64,000 nucleotides of DNA, taken from a virus. Position 1 is the first letter of the stretch; each line of letters starts with the position of its first letter. The stretch is from the IMG/VR virus record IMGVR_UViG_3300023184_000039, positions 64,001 through 128,000 of that record; one strand, given 5' to 3'. Below the pieces are notes generated by a model, which saw only the letters and a program-made list of their open reading frames with translations, searched no databases and was not told the origin of the DNA. A program made the translations under genes and the position numbers. This document shows, piece after piece, positions 9,001 through 16,500 of the stretch.

Positions 9001-11879
9001 CAGAAGCAATGAAGATGCTTACCGACCAATTGATAAAATCAATTGAGTCAGCAGAAACTGGTGAATGGAAAATGCCATGGAGGGTTACAACCCTTCCGAC
9101 AAACCCAACAACTGGAAAAATGTATTCTGGTTCCAACTTTATGATGTTGTCCCTTATTGGTGAAGCGCGTGGATACACAAGTTCACAATGGGGTGGATAC
9201 GGACAATGGGCAGACAAGGGTGGACAGGTTCGCAAGGGAGCCAAAGGTGTTCCCGTATTTGTTCCGATGCCGTTCAAGGGGAAGTTGGACCCAATAACAA
9301 ATGAAGAAGACGGGGGCGGAATGTCATGGAAAGTCATTCGGGTATTTAACCGTGACGAAGTAGACGGACTGCCAGAAGATTTTGCAAACCCACCAGTTCT
9401 TCCAGAGGGAACAAGAATTGACAACCTGGAAAAAACAATTTTGGAAGTTGCGCCAAAAATAACCAATAGTGGAAGTAGGGCTTTCTACCGACCAAGCGAA
9501 GATTCAATTACCGTTCCAGAATTTAAAAATTTTAAAAGTGCACGCGATTACTACAGTACGGTTGCACACGAACTGATGCACTGGACTGGAAGTGAGTCGC
9601 GTCTCAACAGAAAAAAAATGAATGCTTTTGGTACACCAGAGTATGCATACGAAGAACTTGTCGCCGAAATTGCATCAGCAATGTTTATTGGGGCTCATGG
9701 ACTTGAGCCAAACATTCAAGAAAACCATGGACCATACCTGAAGAGTTGGCTCGCGGTGCTCAAAGATGACCCAACTGCATTACAACGAGCAATTAAGGAT
9801 GCCCAGGCCGCATTTGATTACGTCAATGGTGCTTCCCCAAACCTCAGGGGTTTGATGGGTTCCGAAGATAATGGCGGTCTAGAGGCTTCTGCAAAAACAG
9901 TTGAAAAATTGTCAACTCCATTGGGTTCCATGACATCGCGCCCCGGCATAGGGCTTACAGCCAATGATGTTAGGGATATGGATAGCGACCAACTTGATTC
10001 CATAATGAACCATTTCGGTCCACAAAATGTATACAACGCTCGTCCCGGTGAGATAACGCAGGAAGATTATGAAGATATTGCAAAATTCCTAAATAACCTT
10101 ACAGCCGAAGAGGTAATGGGATTCAGTAATCGTGATAGGGGCACATCTAGACCATTGGGTTCACGTTCCAGTTCTGGCGTGACAGACGGAAAACCCAAGA
10201 GTGCTAGAGCAAAACTTGAAGATGTCCCAGTACCCCCAATGCCACGCCAGTACGACGAAAACAGGACCAGTTCCGATGCATACGAAGATACTGAAATGGA
10301 AATTAGCAGTTACCTAGAGTCTCTTTCAAATGCCATGAAAGAGATTGTTGGCGATGATGAGTTTGAAAAGACATTCAAGCCAAGAGTGGACAGCATTATT
10401 GATGACATGCGAGACGAGCGTTCCCAATATGCAGAACCGCCAGACTGGGCTCTGAACAGGGCATGGAAACTTCACAAGGAAATGGTTTCTCGGTCACGCA
10501 TGCGTGAGCCGCTTGGTTCTAGTAGTGGCAATGGACCGCTTGGTTCTCGCATGAATCTTAGCCAAAGTGAGAAAAACGAAATAATCGCAATGGCACGACA
10601 AATGAGAAAGTCAAACTTTGCCAAAAGTGTTGTTGCACAATATGACACAAACGGCGGACAATTATCGGATGGTCAATGGGCGGCATTGAACCGAATGACC
10701 TTGCGAGGTGGTGGGAGAAATGCAATGGGTTCTCGTAGTGAACCAAAAAAGCCAAGAACACCCAAAGGTGGATGGTCGCCAGAAGATAGGCAGAGATTTG
10801 CCGACAGAGATATTCTCAAGTCACGAAAAGTTCCAGGTAAGCGTCTCCCGGGACCAAGTGCATCCGAGTATGGTGCACTGGGTTCAAGGTCGGCATTTGT
10901 TAATGGACGAACAGTTGACATGGAGCCCAGACAGGACACCAAACCACTACGAATTGGATTGAGCGACATTGTATTCGGAGATGACGGGAAGGGTAAATCC
11001 TGGGCTTTGGCCGACCTTGCTAGAAGTAGTTCTGAATTCAGAAATATAACCCCACAGGAATTAATGGGAAGATACGGAATTTCCGAACGTGCCGCTCTTG
11101 ACATGAAGAAACCAGGTGCAAAAATACGTGACCCATACCTAGCAGACGAACTGACTAATGCCTTTGGTTTTACCCCATCCGAAATTTGGGGACGAAACAA
11201 TCCAACTGCCTACCAAAATGCAGATGGAAGCCTAGTGGACCTATCGGACCTGTTTGAAAAGCCAGATAAAGACTTTGACCCAACACTTGATGGTTCGCTA
11301 CCCGTGGTGGAACTTCCAGATGCTGATGCAACATTGGAAGGAATTTCTTCTGCCGATGAAGCACGGAAGGTACGCAAGAGGGTGGGTGGTTCGCGCAGTG
11401 GAAAACTATCAACGGGTTATGATGCCCAGGTTCTTCTTGATGAGATTGGATACAACGGCTCCCGAAGTAGGCGCGCCCTTGAGCAGGCTTTCCCAGAAAT
11501 ATCAGAAAAGCGCTGGAGGTCAATTGCGGGCAAGGATTCAACGACTGGATTGACAGTAAACGAAGTCAATTCAATCCTAAAAAGATTAAAGTCAAACAAA
11601 AAGGGGACTGATATTTTTGGGGAATCATTTGAATCTGGAACCCAAACCCCCGTTGCCTCAATTTTCAGAAACCCACTCATTGTTGCAAACATTGAAAAAC
11701 GGGGTGGAATGAATGCAGTCGCCGAAGCCTACAAAAAGGCAACTGGTAGGAGTATCTCAAGAGCGCAGTCGTACAGATTGAGGGATAGCAAGGACTCCAT
11801 CACATCAACGGAACTACGAGTGATGCTGAATGAACTCGGTATTTCCGTGGAAGAGTTTGATGCACGAAATAAGGGGTAG
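1..11879 (+). CDS. Giant polyvalent protein (5'-truncated): N-terminal HK97-type prohead protease fused to ~24 LGS(R)-separated modules including 6 KTSC domains, ArdC-like ssDNA-binding + zincin, and C-terminal HTH-like units
   Basis: Frame is open from the window edge (VAGIGNKDSVGDIVISGAFAKSL-TRRKPRVVWGH...), so the true start is upstream of 69. Prohead protease motifs: D-x-V-x-x-GAF, WGH, GLYARVQF, EWSIGY, LKEVELYEVSPV. KTSC repeats S-x-A-[IL]...Y-D...L-x-V-x-[YF]...Y-x-Y-x-x-V...S-[KR]-G-R at ~4470-7280. ArdC-like block W-x-x-PW...Y-S-G-x-N...G-G-x-V-R-K-G...AHELMHWTG...YAYEELVAE at ~8990-9850. Confidence 0.9.
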   Translation, partial: VAGIGNKDSVGDIVISGAFAKSLTRRKPRVVWGHSWNDPIGKVLEMYEVPPNDSRLPAKMKAAGIGGLYARVQFNLQSDKGKEAFASVAFFGTDQEWSIGYKTIDAIFDPNLQANVLKEVELYEVSPVLHGANQLTGTISVKNHPVSSAMPTMMPMTMDQMPRIVIVSSDSIGEPQEEREEDDEQELNLFAEGLAQPLTDEQKAKIQSELSERTGSKVEITHATEGSIVFKRTTTDGKTSMYRVGYHTPDDYNTFMFGKPEIYADGEKPQAETEIQSKPNPDTPVVLADGGASYRDNEQQMSSFLGSEENVNPWGKSLAMHLIQLPGYSMKDASQKLSSIFEYHKLDVVETNNGLLVTSQLSSDAMDALQVAVKGIGQALGQSAGTLRSMSEGFNPHAIDGDNDGFAQDNTAFMRPYIPIGSLDINLPDIGGKKRNSSDLLDMPSLGSKIPDGDPSLLSGTEREAALAAGKLTPRTREDMMFLADRRPNNPGLAKYWDMNDNELTLAGQRLKSQRASVSSNERGPIDAELYKISHEFTRRQSYEQQFGKKFTPSKDGKKKPEKLNAAGRTAEQEAQRMEKFRADADTEIVDDARALGSRSGEKPKKPNTAGRTAEQEELRTEKLRDGANDDLITDAYDRGELGSRSNPEQSAAGQKIIEDMLVARGYGREEAGNMLDNWNENDNGTEEILKSNKNDLLASIEEHWSNALDRMNDDKESRSLGSRSGENPTPDYQDQFDSVVEKWFDSLPDSKERVQEYLDEGFGKQNARETAIEKWMELEQSENPELFMDEIQNRIDDLNENRWDDYQSRNLGSRSKPLGSRGDKDESNREETLAQRLKEIDGLSAEEGYIPRRGPQPSDLQRDMYEEFARYGNQNDVWDYLNTRYSVEKSDYSEPGYYTNENNYNLSGAIKDSMSEEDMRNFLKAVAEYEASPDYDVYKKGGPLYDELNKNPKPLGSRSSDPIDEAMKKPSKPAKIREYGAEEYQEFNTSRNNDPQQGFDEPVSDDFKSHEDGSKFVGHTVTFSDGRRGVIVQGYWPEYEIIDNDEYPPSFIFDRVGSIDIAVTHDKDGNRLDKIQYEKAKFDQESDLAIASEEYPFEYYNDPELADEFSRSSVQIDDNKVSLEEVEKLKQRPSKPLGSRGARKSTDDYKDLVDWLPDPTSGSTRKYTDTTDGALKVAEDRYALIHARREIAKEMAEANGVEWKKNISIYDVSKDDDDIDILEDLTSRINKLNDYVTAQDKEYRQIRNQEKKVYKSDSELSDIKNSIDLALEGYEGTERDIEEYSGDNAVDWFTTTPEENTKELADSLRDDLEELTIHEDENGNETLAREYSEDIAEAKTLIDKGTPEDLQKAIEVMQGAIRKQSDDYDTAARNYEAEGDELLGRGYRPVDLLDEDVDFADDTWEYDDDLDIKDVGGKYSIIPDELYGPEPTDSPFHSGKESVDYYMGRSKNAQYLKQQGVGRYALGSRSQADSEGQKPPRRAVLMSMDPKNSKLARQIDYDPQNGDLTVYRKDGKKETFKNVSYDRVRAAGVKDDPDTLINALQKEQNKPRSGSLGSRQTLQKIDVGDSQAIDDIHYDDMRKELHVGFTSPDGETRRYTYFGVSQDEADAIDASPSKGRAINDIKRNHDVEKIDSSALKRVTGTSDERMISPLTDSSGKYPGIGEPIDVSGSSALEDAFYDPRKRELVVKYKDGGSYVYEQVLPGEASTLNSAPSKGRAINDIKKNHFVRKYEKEAGSSKLEWSETSGTSSETSGRSGLDYTIEKQADGTFSAEAGKSTYSYQDGPDFETVDTADGFETEDAAKTWAAQHDFAIIERESGYDKIDRDNERARRNQPVDVGYSSALESASWDERNNELSITYKGGKKYIYSDFTQDDLDKFEANPSKGRAANEVKKNHPVRKADSGPLGSRSTGKSSPSRAVIPTMPDIDGMDEQDASDALEKSNEELLDFIDETEKLARMSRGDDNYNKYFGGAVPYIEELSKNHDGSVEERSIALEQAIDQAMLYSQDVGSLGDERESRELGSRSGAGIYRSPGRGAPRPIRRDEGLRELTPFDELPPKVQERVNESVMEYLYDENRGMYYDAQDGGVDMDEFLSDNAGFHPYGYVALTDKERAQIREQMMDRFAPREYMDEYGDEVDAMIANWDKEVEVNPDEMVDLLDKNKDDYVEAIRDAWDIEMDRQLNSRELGSRSSGNIDDVDVSGSSALDSAYYHAPTGELVVGYANGRSYVYEGVSNEEFQNFNDSPSKGRAINEIKRTHSFRVASDEDRNDRIAGDRSESDAMSRGALESNWKRIGSAEQQRYLSRETNSAISSGSGQSTDELLNAAKMRAMDDRNMADLEMQAESVGSGGRSIDVSSSQALNRVTYDKENELLSVEYRGRDGKGAGTVYEYQGVPEDVVASLESSDSRGAALRQIRDDYEFTTRDALPDSAYDKTSSKPLGSSSSNNTPNFNREDMGKILDRVRQTREFQDLEEVQNTLDGYMERSPSRTRASYPELDKEEVRVSKLLVEKRNEIIAEMLDAGEITDISGKRKPLGSGGRMGPRPDDSSYARDLADQRNRDYAAGAYATNPIGRFAENTDGDKPWVSYEDLDADVRGEIEQSYYESNPGSPRPGARDWDSDYAQNDFEMNPGKYGYADEASFEEDFSADMARFESRRKRLGSSSGSWPTPSGYEPDEFNMNEAMSQIGRGNIAAISGGRVVKRGNEMVLPVNRNQQVVVGYNGGSDTYYVRAEQIITSGKDKGKHKILAQWGEVYAENVGETAYNASLKPSMHSEENADFWKTSDLIPKNTLVDGETGEKISNAGPLGSRGSPGSTRPGMGVYTENSDDMLYDEANGPRNSIRRRGNYSPPNQRLLARQDRAEAIEELAQKNITRMDILRKTNPKRFREMLKRENIDRRDWRELAYRDATNAIDQLARYQERRASGNGIRRPPGGNLPKVDPSPRGDGLSPFANLKDGDIVTLDNGAFKVNGTEELRGALGSRAFNYGPETEVKTKAEAMKMLTDQLIKSIESAETGEWKMPWRVTTLPTNPTTGKMYSGSNFMMLSLIGEARGYTSSQWGGYGQWADKGGQVRKGAKGVPVFVPMPFKGKLDPITNEEDGGGMSWKVIRVFNRDEVDGLPEDFANPPVLPEGTRIDNLEKTILEVAPKITNSGSRAFYRPSEDSITVPEFKNFKSARDYYSTVAHELMHWTGSESRLNRKKMNAFGTPEYAYEELVAEIASAMFIGAHGLEPNIQENHGPYLKSWLAVLKDDPTALQRAIKDAQAAFDYVNGASPNLRGLMGSEDNGGLEASAKTVEKLSTPLGSMTSRPGIGLTANDVRDMDSDQLDSIMNHFGPQNVYNARPGEITQEDYEDIAKFLNNLTAEEVMGFSNRDRGTSRPLGSRSSSGVTDGKPKSARAKLEDVPVPPMPRQYDENRTSSDAYEDTEMEISSYLESLSNAMKEIVGDDEFEKTFKPRVDSIIDDMRDERSQYAEPPDWALNRAWKLHKEMVSRSRMREPLGSSSGNGPLGSRMNLSQSEKNEIIAMARQMRKSNFAKSVVAQYDTNGGQLSDGQWAALNRMTLRGGGRNAMGSRSEPKKPRTPKGGWSPEDRQRFADRDILKSRKVPGKRLPGPSASEYGALGSRSAFVNGRTVDMEPRQDTKPLRIGLSDIVFGDDGKGKSWALADLARSSSEFRNITPQELMGRYGISERAALDMKKPGAKIRDPYLADELTNAFGFTPSEIWGRNNPTAYQNADGSLVDLSDLFEKPDKDFDPTLDGSLPVVELPDADATLEGISSADEARKVRKRVGGSRSGKLSTGYDAQVLLDEIGYNGSRSRRALEQAFPEISEKRWRSIAGKDSTTGLTVNEVNSILKRLKSNKKGTDIFGESFESGTQTPVASIFRNPLIVANIEKRGGMNAVAEAYKKATGRSISRAQSYRLRDSKDSITSTELRVMLNELGISVEEFDARNKG

Positions 11880-11956
11880 ATACCCTTGCGAGCAAGTGAA
11901 GTATACTAGGCTTGTATAATTAGAAGTTAATAATTTTATTCTAAAGGATTGGTTTC

Positions 11957-13525
11957 ATGGACTCAAATAACCCTAACAATACTGTCTCTTTGAGCATTGA
12001 CTCAGAGGGAAGCGTCCTGAAGTGTACCAAGGGCCTAAATCCTGGTGAGTGTGGGTTCACACCAGGTTCAGCTGTCTGTGGTAAATGTGGAGCCATCCCA
12101 GTTGAGATGAAGGTTCTCTCTTCTGACATGTACAACGCTATTGAATCAGAACTCGAGCGATTGCGTTCACTGGTAAGTACCAAGCAAGAAGAAAAATCTG
12201 TAGGTCCTTGTTGGGAGGGTTACGAACAACTTGGAATGAAAAAGGGCAAGGGTGGGAAAATGGTTCCCAACTGCGTGCCGGTTAAAGGTAAGTCCGCCGA
12301 GGATGTTTCAATGGACGAAGAGGGCAACGGTGAAGAGTTGCCGAAAAAGAAGAAGCGTCAAATTCCCGTGGCAATGGAAGATGCCGGTACGGAAGATGAC
12401 TCCAGCATGGAATTGCCGTATGACATGAATGACGAGGGGGATGAATCAGACGAATCAAGTTTGAGTGCTGGAGATTTAGCCCAAGAAGAAAACAGCGAAG
12501 GCGAAATGGCCGACGAGGATACCGTTCCAACCTCAGTTCCTGCCAAGAAGAAACCAGCAGTTGCAACAGACGAAGAAGATGATTCTGGAGACGAAGATGT
12601 AGCAATGATGGACAAGTTTCGCAAGGCTCGCTTGGGTCAAATGGGCGTAAAGAGTCTGGAGATGCGAAATGATGGGTACAAGTGCGCCATTGATAGAAAA
12701 CTATACTCCTCAAAGGTCGATACATGCGCTGGTTGTGAGGGTGGCTGTCACGGAACCAAGGGTCAGGTAACACTTCTGCATGCAGAGGGATATGCACAAA
12801 CCCTTGTCAAGGGTAACATTATTGATTCTGGCTTTGTTCCTGAGGCAGATATGTTTGCGGTAACAATACGCCGCAAGGATGCAAAAGTATTTGATATTTT
12901 CATCAATGGTGCAACTGGACAAATTCAGGGTCATCGACTAAACGATGATTTCTCAATCAGTTCAAAGAATGACTTGCTTTTGGTGACATTTGACGAAGCC
13001 GGAGATATTGCTGTAAAGACAATACCTGGAACTGTTGTGAGTATTGAGCCAGATTCATTTGAAGGCGTTGACTCCTATGCTGTAGAAGTAGAAACAAAAG
13101 ATGGAAAATCATACGATGTATTTGTTTCACTTGATGGCAACATTCTTGGCTACGACAAGTACGAAGAAGAAGATATTGAGATGATTGAGGCCGAAGCCGC
13201 CGAGATAGCACTAAAGCGCGCCTTCAGCGAAGAAACTCGTCAGGAGATGGCCGAAAGCGGTGGGGCATTACCAGACGGTTCGTTTCCAATCAAAACCGAA
13301 TCCGACCTTAGAAATGCAGTATCTGCATATGGAAGAGCATCGGACAAGGCGGCCGCAAAAGCACACATTATCAAGCGAGCAAGAGAATTAGGCAAAGAAA
13401 ACCTCATACCAGCAAATTGGGTAATGGGAGAGAAGTCAGAATTCATTGATGCCCTTGATGATGATTTCAAAAAACAACTACTTGAATTCCAACTTCTTAG
13501 CGAAGAGACATCGTCCAATAGTTAA
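11957..13525 (+). CDS. Probable head-associated protein with Cys clusters, acidic linker, two PepSY-like domains and a C-terminal ALPDGSFPI domain
   Basis: PCWEGY...GKMVPNCVP motif; two PepSY-like repeats (e.g. TFDEAGDIAVKTIPGTVVSIE...YAVEVETKDGKSYDVFVSLDGNIL); GGALPDGSFPI...AYGRA domain common in phage head genes. Confidence 0.6.
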   Translation: MDSNNPNNTVSLSIDSEGSVLKCTKGLNPGECGFTPGSAVCGKCGAIPVEMKVLSSDMYNAIESELERLRSLVSTKQEEKSVGPCWEGYEQLGMKKGKGGKMVPNCVPVKGKSAEDVSMDEEGNGEELPKKKKRQIPVAMEDAGTEDDSSMELPYDMNDEGDESDESSLSAGDLAQEENSEGEMADEDTVPTSVPAKKKPAVATDEEDDSGDEDVAMMDKFRKARLGQMGVKSLEMRNDGYKCAIDRKLYSSKVDTCAGCEGGCHGTKGQVTLLHAEGYAQTLVKGNIIDSGFVPEADMFAVTIRRKDAKVFDIFINGATGQIQGHRLNDDFSISSKNDLLLVTFDEAGDIAVKTIPGTVVSIEPDSFEGVDSYAVEVETKDGKSYDVFVSLDGNILGYDKYEEEDIEMIEAEAAEIALKRAFSEETRQEMAESGGALPDGSFPIKTESDLRNAVSAYGRASDKAAAKAHIIKRARELGKENLIPANWVMGEKSEFIDALDDDFKKQLLEFQLLSEETSSNS

Positions 13526-13542
13526 CGATAAAGCGAGTTCCC

Positions 13543-16500
13543 ATGAAGGGTAAGAAAATAAAATCAACTCGTTTCATTCTTTCGTTCAAGGCTCTTGGAC
13601 ACTCACAGGAACGCATTGAGGAAATCACACATGACTTCCTTGATGGTGTTCGTCTATCAACCAAGGCTATTTCTAGGGGTGACGAAATACTGGTTAAGGG
13701 AATATCTGTTGGAAAAACCATAGGAGGGACTGGGGATGTTCCCAAAAAACAAGAGAACGAACTTCCTGGTGTAACAAATATCAACGGGTGGAAGTTTGAA
13801 AAGGCGGCAAAATATGCCCCTGGTAAAAAACTTCAGTTATTTCCAACACAGCAACAAAGAAACTCCCCTTCCAAAAAACCAAACTTTGGCTGGATTGACG
13901 ACGACACTCAAACATTCGGTTCCCCAGAAGAACTTGTCAACGATTTGCTCGCTAAGCCAAAAGTAGAAAAAAAAATATACAACGTTGATAAAGACGGTAA
14001 CCCAACATCTGTATTTTGGGAAGAAGATAAAAAGGAAATAGAAGAAAAATCACTTGGTCGTTCAATACGAGAAATGAACCCCCGTGGTGGTTTGGCTCAA
14101 CAGGCGGCGAGTCGCCTGAGAATAGTTGTTGATGACTTGGGAAAATTTAGGTGCCCACCTGGGACACCGCAGGCAAATCAATTTACCGACAAATTGGGAA
14201 CAACATGTTTTGCTGTCAGCGTAGACGAACTTGTTGGATTGGTCGAAGGGGCAATACAAAAGTTCCAAATGACTCCTAGTGGTCCAAAATTTGGAAATGT
14301 TTTAGAATCTCTTTCATCAAGGGGAACACAGGGAACTGGAAGAATGGGGGAGTCACGAAGACTTGCCGAAGGTGCAAGCAGGTGGTTTTCTGGTGCCGTA
14401 AAACGAGTGGCAACTAGGCACAACAAAATTGATGCCAATGTCAAACATCTTGAAGACACATTGGGAATTGGTTCAACGGATTTAGAGAGAGCAACCAATG
14501 CTGACCTAACCAAGATATTTCATACGCTCAAATCAAATGGACATTGGGATATTGAATATAGGGGTGGCATAAGCGATAAAAAACTTCAACCCCTTTTAGA
14601 CCAAATGGGTCTTAGTCTTCAAGATTATAGAAAAACAGAACGGGCTTTTTTGTCTCGACTATTGATGGAATATTCGGAAAACCCAGAATTGGCAAAAAGA
14701 GTTGCAAGAATTTATCATGTTGGAGTCGGAACTTACAGAAACAACAGTGGTCTAGAAGCAGCCACCGATTTACTCCTACCCCCCGTTGGGGCAAAAGATG
14801 TCAGGAGGGGAATGGAAGATGCAATAGATGCCAAATTTGAAATCATGCTTGATGTAGGGCAAATGACTGGAGAGGCAACTAGGTTCAAGGGTCCAGAAGT
14901 GGTTTCCAAAAAACATCGCTGGGGTTTAACCGTATCTGGTGGTGCAACAGAAGAAGAGCGACAGGCTGCATTGCTTGACTATGTAAACAAACAAAACGAT
15001 TTTTCAAATCGCGCATCGCATTTTGTTATGTTTGCCAGCAAAGACAAACATGTGGGAAAAGGTTCCAATACCGCATCGCACGAATTAAATCATGTTCGTC
15101 AAGCAATGGCTGTTTTGCATAAAGCGCAAGAAAGTGACAAATTAAAAGGAAAGAAGTTATCCGAAATGACTTCTGGAGATTTGTGGGATGTACTTGTGGA
15201 TTTAAATGACGATATTGATATGAGGGACTGGGAAAAAGTACGTAAAAATAAGGGATTGATTGATGTGCTTGGTGGTGACTACCCGCGTGAATATGATGAA
15301 AGGAGGAACGATGTTGGAACCCTTGAGTTATTGGCAGAAGTTGGTGCATTGCATGACTCTGGGGTAATTTCTGGTCAGGAAATTGAAGACTTTCTTGATG
15401 TGCACTCCGCTTGGCAGCGTCAAGACAGTTCCGTAAAAAGAGATGTTTCTAGAAAAAAAACAATGCAGGCAACACGAAAAAGGGTAAGTCAACCAAGTCG
15501 CAACAGTGAGGGTGTTCTTGATGTCCCCGTTTTTCCAGAATCCGATGGTGCAACACGGCGTCGCCCCCCAAGAAGGAGCGGAAAAACATTTTTTGATAGT
15601 GATGGAACAAAAAAATATGCAGAAGAGCATAGAAAATGGGTGCTTAGCAAACTTACCGAAAGCGAACAAAAAGCAATAGAGCGTCTTGGAAGACCAGAAT
15701 ACGAAGATAGGGATATTGTAAAAATTACAAGGCTTTCATCAGTTGAGGACAGTATTAAAAGAATGGAACGAAGGCACAGAGAACTTGTTGATGTCGGTCT
15801 TGAACCAGACGGTCTTAGTGTCCACGAAGCATCGGTTTCACAACAACTAGAACGAACACTCATACCCACCCTGACGGCACTTGACAAAAGTGACCTTCCA
15901 GACAGAATACAAATCGTTATTCCATCAGGCGAAAAATGGGACCAATATGGTCATGCTGGTGCAATGTTAATGCCAGAATCGGTATCGTCGCACAACATCC
16001 TTGATAACGAAATGGCGATTGAGCCCGGAATGGTCATTCTTGACACAAGCCCTGGAACGCGCGGTATATTCCATGCAGAAAAAAATGGCGGGTCTGTAAT
16101 TCTTCCACCTTCAAAAATTAGACTTACACACCTAGATGCCGACAATGTTTGGCATGCCGAAATTGTTGACCAAGAATCAAGCATGGATACCATCAATAGG
16201 CTTGAGGGATTACTCCCAACAAAAGCAAACGACAAAAGGAATGACAAACTCATTGCTCGGGAGGTTGATTCCATCCGACAGGTAATTGACACCCATCGTA
16301 GTAATGCCGCAACTAGTAATTCCGGGATTCTTGGAGATGGCTTAAGCCATCCAGTTTTGGCTAGTCGGATACGAAAGAATAATACCGATGTGGTCAATTC
16401 AATACTTGATTCTGGTGGGAAACCGTTTGACGGACCCGAACAAATAGGTTCGGATTTACCAGACTGGCTAAAAAAGCAACTGTTTGACAAAAGCAAATTT

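Noticed and set aside
1780-10890. LGSR motifs as a DNA-level tandem repeat or DGR-like element
   Set aside because: Synonymous codons vary, flanks are unrelated and there is no reverse transcriptase; only one local duplication (N[AT]AGRTAEQE x2) is DNA-like
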